This document shows, in pieces, positions 38,900 to 46,355 of a DNA stretch of 46,355 bases (position 1 is its first letter; each line of letters starts with the position of its first letter). Location: assembly GCA_002269645.1 (NCBI GenBank), contig NIVC01001820.1:1-46355 (forward strand), in the 5' to 3' direction. Both the position numbers and the translations under genes were made by a program. Under the pieces are notes generated by a model that was given only the letters and a program-made list of their open reading frames with translations, had not been told where the DNA came from and did no database searches. This stretch comes from Macrostomum lignano. Lineage: Eukaryota.

Positions 38900-39626
38900 T
38901 TAAAGCTTGGGCAGCAGCACCCAGCCCATCTGCTGGCTGAGCAGGCCGCGGCATTTGCCAACCCGGCCGGGGCTGATCGCTCGCAGGATGCAGAAATTTC
39001 TGGCGGCGCTGAACTTCCTAGACGGCAGCTCGGAGCGAATCTCGATGTCGCAGCAGCTGATGCTGGAGATCTTGCGGATTCGCCGATCGCACGGGTCGCA
39101 GATCAGCCGTTCGAGCTGTTCGATAGTCTGGTTCACAATCTGGAAGGTGTGGCACACCTGGGCCGGCGCTGGCTCCTCACGTAGTCCGAAATCGGTGATT
39201 CCCTGCTGCCCGCTTGTTGCCATGGTGATTGGAGTAGCTTCGCTGGGTGAGCCGCTCGACCTGCTGCTCCGAGTGGCCGGCGAGTGAGCCGCCCGCTTGT
39301 CAGTCTGCTGCTCGGCCGGTTGCTGCTCAGCTGAGTCGTCGAGCAGGAGGCCGTCGATGAGGTTGAAGACCCCCTGACAGTGCGGGCAGGACATGCGGAT
39401 TCGCTCGATGGCTGTCAACTCGTCTTCGCCCAGAGTCTTCGACTCTGAAATGCTTGCTTGAGCCTGCTGAGTCTGCTGCTGAGTCTGCTGCTGAGTCTGC
39501 TGCTGAGTCTGCTGCTGAGTCTGCTGCTGAGTTTGATGTTGAGCCTGATGCTGAGTCTGCTGCTGAGTCTGCTGCTGCTGCCGCTGTTGTGTTGGATGCA
39601 GCCCTCCTTGAGCATTGGTAAAGTAC
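38900..39626 (-). CDS. Probable terminal coding exon of a Gln-rich protein with a CxxC motif and a degenerate KH-like domain; upstream exons not located
   Basis: Candidate acceptor CTAG| at 39627/39626. The frame reads YFTNAQGGLHPTQQRQQQQ(TQQQ)n... directly into ORF 39418-38900 (SCPHCQGVFNL...; CHTFQIV...RLICDPCDRRIRKISSISCCDIEI...RNFCILRAISPGRVGKCRGLLSQQM). GC-rich, coding-like composition. Confidence 0.6.
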
Positions 39627-40087
39627 CTAGTAGTTAAAATTAGTTTATAGAATATGCTTTATTATAACATCGATTTTGCAGCAACGGATGAAGATGTCAC
39701 TTTTGACCCACGGGTGCTTTCGGCGTCTGGATGTCTATTCCGAAAGAATGAAGTGAAATTCTAGTTCTATGATTATGAAAATCCCATTTGGACACTTGCT
39801 ATGTCACAACGATCCCAACTCAATGCAACCACATACTAGAGAGACAGAATCTCAACCATACCATTTTGACAAAATCCCCACTTGATAAAGTAGTATATCC
39901 CTTAAAATGGGAACATTAAAGTTTGACGAACAATGGCAGAATGCAAATCGTCTAAGTTAATGAAGGAAACTAATGTTGTCAAATAGTTATTTAATTATTA
40001 CTAGGGCACTGAGAAACCAACAATTAAACAATCAAAAGAGAGCTTTGGACACCCTGGTGCAATGCCTTCGGCGACACCGTCCATATT

Positions 40088-40216
40088 CTGCTCATTCCGC
40101 TGGCTCCTGAGCACAATACAAGAGCGCCAATACTGTACTCAGGCACAGCACTCACACACAGCTCACACAGGGTGTACAGCGGCCCTCTGACTGTCTAATC
40201 GTCAGGCATGCACACT
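40088..40216 (-). mobile_element. Diverged partial copy of SINE family B
   Basis: Shares TGCTCATTCCGC, CACACAGGGTGTACAGCGGCCC and GGCATGCACACT with 30385-30750. Confidence 0.6.
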
Positions 40217-40588
40217 CTCGGGGCCAATTTTTCATGCACAACCCCCATACATGTAGAAGATATCCAAACGCACCTTGACTGATGATGCTGGGCCAGAGCA
40301 GATTGGTTGTTGATTTGGCCCAAAGCCGCTTTCCTCATATCGGCGCTGCTCATATTTTGTTAACCTCCTTTTTTTTAAGCAGGGAGCAGCTCTTGCTTTC
40401 AGTAAGCTTTGATATTTCTCATCGATGTTTATTCTTAGATAGACGAGCTGCGAGCCAAGAAAGCGACTTGAGCCATAGACAATAGGAGTTCTAGCTTTCT
40501 TATTTATATAATTTGGTCTACTAACAGTAGAATGAAATGCAACTAACTTATCCGGAAAACTTGTCTTGGAATATAGCTCCGGTGCTTA

Positions 40589-40948
40589 TTTATTTTATTA
40601 GAGGCAGGGGGGTTGTGTGCACCCTGGCGCACTTTAGGCGACATAGGCACACAACCGGCGAGAGGCATTACTGCCCATTCCGCCGACTCCCCTGAGCAGT
40701 CATAGAAGCGCGCGGATACGTACGCAGGCACACACTCACACAGGAGTGTACAGCGGCCCTAACTTTATCAATTGTTAGGCATGTACACTTCACTGCGCCT
40801 TGGGGGGTTGGCTCTCAAGGCCGTTAATTGCACAAGCGAGCCAAGCCGAAATTCCAATTCAGCCCCAAATTAATGTGGCTGCACTTGGAATCGAGCCTGG
40901 GTCGCGGCACATCAGAGCAGCTGCGCTACCGCTGGGCTACGGCCCCCC
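40589..40948 (-). mobile_element. tRNA-derived SINE, family B, copy 2
   Basis: Same A/B boxes and body as copy 1; 13-bp TSD GCTCCGGTGCTTA (40576-40588, 40949-40961). Confidence 0.9.
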
Positions 40949-41562
40949 GCTCCGGTGCTTACATCGATATTGAAAATTTAATAACACTTGAAAAATATTG
41001 TTAAACAACATTTTAAAGGCCAATTCGAGAAAATTTGCAAAGTTAAGCGCGTGGTAGAGCTTTCATCATATTTCAGAGCTTCAAATACTGAACAGAAAAA
41101 CTTTACTAAAAAACTGGAAAATAGAATAGAAAAGCACGCAAGAGGGATAGCAGTGAGAAATAAAACTATTCAGACAGCTGTTGATCAGAATGGCAATCAT
41201 TTAATCAAAGACCACAAGTATAAAGTGTATGATTAAAAATACATTTAAGAAGTTTGTTGCTGAGCATTATGTCACGGACTACAGAAGGTGAAAACTTATA
41301 AAAAATTCTATATTCATATTATACATGCATAATAATTTTTCAAGCAAAATTTTAAAAAGAATGATTACGCATTGGGCATTACTGTCAGTAGCTATGCAAC
41401 CAACAAAGTAACAATTTTAAAATAACAAGTAACGATTTGAGCGAGAGGTAAAGTCCGCAGTCAAGGCTCATTATGTATGCTAATAAAAAATTCGCTACTG
41501 AAAGTAGCCTATGGGCGCATGATTCAAAGCAACCGAAATCAACAGCTTTCAAGCTGTGAATT

Positions 41563-44500
41563 CTACTCGTATCTGGCCGACGCGTCATCAAAAACCTCGT
41601 CCAGAATCTTGGTGTCGTGTCGGATTTTCTGTTTGAGATCGCTTCTCATTCGTCGCGAGTAGACAGCGTACACCTGGGCGAGTAGGGTGATTCGATTATG
41701 ATGAAGCGGCAATTTATTGTACATTAGAAATTTATTAATAAAGCTGCATTTATATCACCGGCTTTGAGGTTTGAAGTTCATGAAGTCTGAGGGACATGCA
41801 GTTTGAGGATTATGAAGTTTGAGGGACATGAAGTTTGAGGGACATGAAGTTTGAGGGATATGAAGTTTGAGGGACATGAAGTTTGAGGGACATGAAGTCA
41901 GGCGATTACTAGTCAAATATCAAATATTTTTGGAGGCTGCATAGCATATTTTTGGCTGAGTAGTCACGAATACGAGTGTCAGCATTTAATACATAGATTA
42001 ACCGCAGATAAACTTACAATAATGAAGATGACGAGAAGCAGTAAGAAGCCGCCGCCCAAACAGCAGACCAGCACAATAAGGGTCAGATAGCTGGGACTGC
42101 TGCCGCCGCCGCCGCCGCCGACACCGCCGCCACCAGGCTGCTGCTGAGTCGTGGAAGCCAGCGGTGCCGTCGACATTTTGGTTGCAGAAGTTGAAGTCGG
42201 ACTCGGCGTGGACAAATCTGCGGATTTTCGGGATGGAAACAGTTTGTTAAAAAGAACAGCTGGACAGAGGAGCAAAGTATCTCGACTCCGTCTGCGGCCA
42301 TATTAACTTGGGTCTCGTGTGCGAAAACTGACTTAGGTTAGGTCTTGTCGTGCAATTCTCACCCACGAGGGCCAACCCCAAGGCTCAGTATGTACATGCT
42401 TGACGATGAGAAAGTCAGGGCCGCTGTACAGCCTGTGTGTGTGTGTGTGTGTGTGTGTGTGCTCAAGAATCTGCTGCCAGCAGGTCGACTGTCGCCTTTA
42501 TTTGCATCATCGCCCAAAGCTTGCAGAGATCGGCAGGCTGATTCATACTGCCAGGCCAGGGCATCGTCCACAAGCCAGGATTCTGCTTTTGAACCGACCA
42601 AAAACTTTACCGCTTTGCCTATACTATCCTACCAGCCTGTGTGTAGATAATTAGCTCTTGTAACGAATGAAGAGTACTGTTGCACTTTACTAAACTGCAT
42701 AGTTCAATAAATTTGCAATTTATTGATTTCCAAACGTTGTGCTTCATACAGTTCTTACCTGGCGAGCCAACACTATCGATAACAATGCCTCCAAGCTCCA
42801 TAGTGCTGAGACCTTTTTGCAATAAGCTGAGCAGGGTCGCCGCCGTGTTGGTGGGGCTGTCCCGGACAACAAGATAAAAGGTTGCCTTGACGCTGCCCTC
42901 AGCAAAAACGATGTTAACCACATCCTGCAGCTCTAAATAGAGATCAGTCTGTCTAGCTGCTGCCATTATGGTCTCAACGAGATAGTTCGACAGCTGCTTG
43001 TATCGCCAAGTACCTGCGTTTAGATATTCGTTGAACCATTGCATATTGGCGAAACGCAGGCTCATTTTTATGGCCTTTACTCGCGGAAACACTGGCTGGT
43101 AATTTGTTGGACAAATGCACGCAGTTGTCGCGCTGGGGACTGTAGTCGTAGTCATGGTTGTTGTTGAAGTTGTAGTCGGAGTAGTTGTAGTTGTTGTTGG
43201 TGTAGTAGTTGTTGTGGGTGTGGTGGTAGTTGTTGTGGGTGTGGTGGTAGTTGTTGTGGGTGTGGTGATAGTTGTTGTGGGTGTGGTGGTAGTTGTTGTG
43301 GGTGTGGTGGTAGTTGTTGTGGGTGTGGTGGTAGTTGTTGTGGGTGTGGTGGTAGTTGTTGTGGGTGTGGTGGTAGTTGTTGTGGGTGTGGTGGTAGTTG
43401 TTGTGGGTGTGGTGGTAGTTGTTGATGTTGTAGTACTACTTTTAGTCGATGATGTACTGCCTGTTGTTGGTGTTACTAGGGTAGTTTTAGTCGAAGTTGT
43501 AGTCGGTGTAGTTGTACTTTTCGTAGTTGTAGGCGTTGTAGTTGCAGTTGTAGTCGTTGTTGTGGTACTTGTGACGCACACGGGATTAATCGGCGCAAAG
43601 CAGCCTACGATTTCTAAATAAGTTTCAAAATTTGATTTCGACTCTGCGTACGACTTCAGCGCTCTTGGGGTGACAGTAAACTCGGCCACTTGAAAACCAA
43701 TGGTGTAGCACAGATCCCTGCCAAAGACATCATTTGACAGAGACAGAGACGATGTAAGGGTTTGGAACAGGACTGTCTGTCTGTACTGAATCGTAGCTTC
43801 CTTGATGTTTCCTGATAGACAGATCTAAAAAGAATCGTTTGGATTCGAGCAGTCTTGAGAATAAAACCCTTGTTTTCTATAAAAAGTTCGCATTGTTGCA
43901 CGAAAAACTCTAGGGAATTACCCGATCAACGTAGATAGCGGATCTGCAGTTTCTAGCTGTGAGGTCGATCGCTAGCCGACCGCCGCCCGTCGTGCTAATG
44001 CTAAAGCCTATGGCGTCGTTGTATGCATCGTGGCCAGATATGAACTGCATTGGTAGATACTCCAGCCGGGATAGTGCGTTTACCAATGGGCAGACTGAAA
44101 ATTTGTTGAAGAAGGGCGCCCTGAGTTTTCGCAATTGAAAATGTTTAATGGGTCACTACTTTGAAGATAATAATTGAACAGCTGATCTCGCGGTCACCTG
44201 GCAGGCGACTTGCTAAAGGTTGAATTGTTAAGGTTCAAGGCCATCTGTTTTAAGCAAGTCTTATCTGCTAGCTAAAAAATCTACGAGCGTATCTTCTTTC
44301 ACCTTCCGTCACCCTAACATTCCCATTTTGGTTCCGATGGCCCTCTGCAGCTCAGAATGCCAGAGGTTGTACAAACGTTAAATTCAATTTTTCTTACAAG
44401 TAGAAGTGAAAGTGGTTGTTGTTGGCGTTGTTTGAGTCGTAGTCTGAGTTGTAGTGGTAGTTGAAGTTGTTGGCGGTAGACAGACAGGTAAGGGACTAAA

Positions 44501-46342
44501 GCAGCCGTTTATTGAAAGGTAGAACTGAAACACCGTAGTAGAGTTATCTGACGATTTCGGCTCCCCAGGTGCAATAATGACAGTGTGCACGTCGAAGTTG
44601 AAGGTGTAACACAGCACTCCCGGCGTGTCAAGTGTGGCAGTCTCAGATTCTTTTAGCAAGGAAAATCCACCAGTCAACGCCATCCTGTAGTACAAATTTG
44701 ACTGCTTCACATTGCCGCCCGTCATGCAGACCTGAAATGTTTAACGAATTGTTTTGATTATTAGCGTCCCAGAATGAAGTTTATGGAAAACATGATCGAA
44801 ACTCACCGAGAAAACGTAGGTCGGCGCTCGACAGCCGTTAGCTGTCAAGTCTACTGTCAGGAATTTGCCTCTGGCAACGCTGTAGCCAGTGATAGGCGAA
44901 TAAGTTCCACCCGTGATCGCCCAGGTCGGCAGATAGGCAGTTGATGATAGAACATTTTCTGACGGGCAACCTATCGGTGGACGAAAGGTTTTAGATAGGC
45001 TCTACGTGGAGTTGAAAAAACAGTTTATATGTAAGCAGCAAAACAATAATCCTGGCCTTACGTGTCGGAACGGGAGTGGTAGTAGTAGTCGAAGTAGTAG
45101 TTGTAGGTGTTTTAGTAGTACTAGGTGTTTTCGTGGTAGTAGTAGTCGCAGTCGAGGTTGAAGTGGCAGTTGTTGGTGTTGTAGTTGTACTTGTTGTCGT
45201 CGGTGTTGTGGCAGTAGACGTCATAGTGGTACTAGTGCTAGTGCTAGCAGTGCTAGTGGTTGGTGTAGCGGTCGATGTTGATGTGGTTGGAATTTTAGTA
45301 GTTGTCGTAGTTGTAGTCGGTGTAGTTGTCATTGAAGTGGTCGGAGTAGTTGGAGTTGTAGTCGTACTGGTGCTAGTTGTGGTTGATGTAGACGGGACCA
45401 AACAAGCACTGGGAAGTGGCGTGAAGCAGGCATCAATCCGAACAAAGAAAGCATAGTTGGTTTGTCCACGCGAGGCAGTTTTTAAAAGCAGCGGCGCAAC
45501 GCCAATCCTTGCCAAAGATCGGCGCGGGTTGTAGCAAACCGGCATGTTGCTGTCTGACTCGATCATCGGGGAGTTAATGTCAATTTTCAAGTCTGAGCCG
45601 ACGGTGTCAGCGTAGAACATATTAGCAGCTCTAACGTTACCGGAAACGCACACCTAAAATCGAGTTCGATTTTATACAATTATGAATGTTCTGCGATCAC
45701 CAAATACGACTAGCTCCATGTACGTTTGTTGATTTAGCCAAAAACAACTTACCCTTTCAACAAATATTGGAGGCCTGCACGAAAAAACAGTAAGATCAAC
45801 TATCAGCGCTCCGGATGCGCCGACAGTCATTATATATCCGGAGAATGTATCGTATCTGGCTCCAGTGACGGCAAATGATGGGATCAATGCGTTCTGACTA
45901 AGCCGTCAACAAGGCAAGTTGTGGTTGTCTCTATGGTTGTTGCTGTTGTCGTTGGGGTAGTAGTTGTTGTGCTGCTGCTAGTAGAAGCTGATGTAGTTGT
46001 TGATGTGGTTGTGGTTGGTGTTGTAGTTGTGGTCGTAGTCGCAGTAGTCGGAGTAGTCGTAGTACTAGTAGTTGAAGTTGTTGGCGGTGTTAAACAAATC
46101 GAGCTCAGTGGTGTAACGCATGCTTGCAGGGAGACGTAGAACTGGTAAAACGATCCAGCTGCCCCCGGCTTTACCTCTTTAGGGGCGACCTGCACAGCTG
46201 CAGCCTGTCTATCAAGCTGATAGCAAAGCGGGGCGCCTGTGGCCGACGTAATCCCGGGAGTTCTAAAGTCCAACTGGAAGCTGTCACCGGCTGACGCCTT
46301 GATGTGAATGTTTGCGCGCTGCACATTGCCAGAGATGCAGAG
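41563..46342 (-). CDS. Transmembrane mucin-like protein, 3' part: repeated Cys modules + Thr-rich linkers + SEA + TM + short tail; the gene runs off the window end
   Basis: Exons 46342-45753 (contains a 1-bp frameshift near 45890), 45653-45062, 44970-44807, 44731-44398, 44094-43922, 43824-42759, 42217-42018 and 41673-41563. All are GT-AG with matching phases. SEA with FAEGSVKA. TM YLTLIVLVCCLGGGFLLLLVIFII|VYAVY, then SRRMR...SARYE*. Confidence 0.88.
41780..41899. repeat. 16-bp minisatellite, ~7 copies, in the last mucin intron
   Basis: Unit ATGAAGTTTGAGGGAC. Confidence 0.93.
42347..42461 (+). mobile_element. Diverged SINE family B central fragment ending in (TG)n, in a mucin intron
   Basis: GTCGTGCAATT...GGGCCAACCCCAAGG...CATGCTTGACG...GTCAGGGCCGCTGTACAGCCTGTG parallels the reverse complement of 30535-30635. 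Confidence 0.55.
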
Positions 46343-46355
46343 CTAAAATCAAGGT

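Noticed and set aside
45893-45912. 17-nt GT-AG micro-intron that would restore the mucin frame
   Set aside because: It is too short for normal spliceosomal introns and would delete residues that align with the other modules. A 1-bp loss explains the data better.
43115-46139. Poly-Val ORFs on the plus strand (43115, 45076, 45921)
   Set aside because: They are antisense shadows of Thr-rich mucin codons.

Overview
This is an animal genomic window: AT-rich introns and intergenic DNA, GC-rich spliced exons, and dense minisatellites. The overall style resembles the flatworm Macrostomum, but that is an unverified impression. Five host genes can be reconstructed by hand from GT-AG junctions with consistent phases. 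(1) A 3-exon 26/29-kDa/CfaD-type cathepsin L-like protease (-). (2) A 2-exon nucleoporin NDC1 (-). (3) A 5-exon cytosolic alpha-carbonic anhydrase (+). (4) A Gln-rich exon ending in what looks like a degenerate KH domain (-). (5) The 3' part of a large transmembrane mucin with at least 4 repeated Cys-containing, discoidin-like modules, Thr-rich linkers, SEA, TM and a short tail (-). The centre holds a complete, very young 8.75-kb Ty3/Gypsy LTR retrotransposon (21085-29834) with near-identical LTRs, a GCAA target-site duplication, a tRNA-Gln PBS and a PPT. The most striking observation is an apparent UNR/CSDE1-type cold-shock domain in its Gag-Pol, in frame between the CCHC knuckle and the protease. 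Also present: a full-length decayed DD34D mariner, hAT- and Harbinger-like MITEs, a CORE-type SINE, a second tRNA-derived SINE family that shares a covarying 3' stem-loop with a LINE remnant in the same window, and many tandem arrays, two with higher-order structure. All calls come from reading the sequence; no searches were run.
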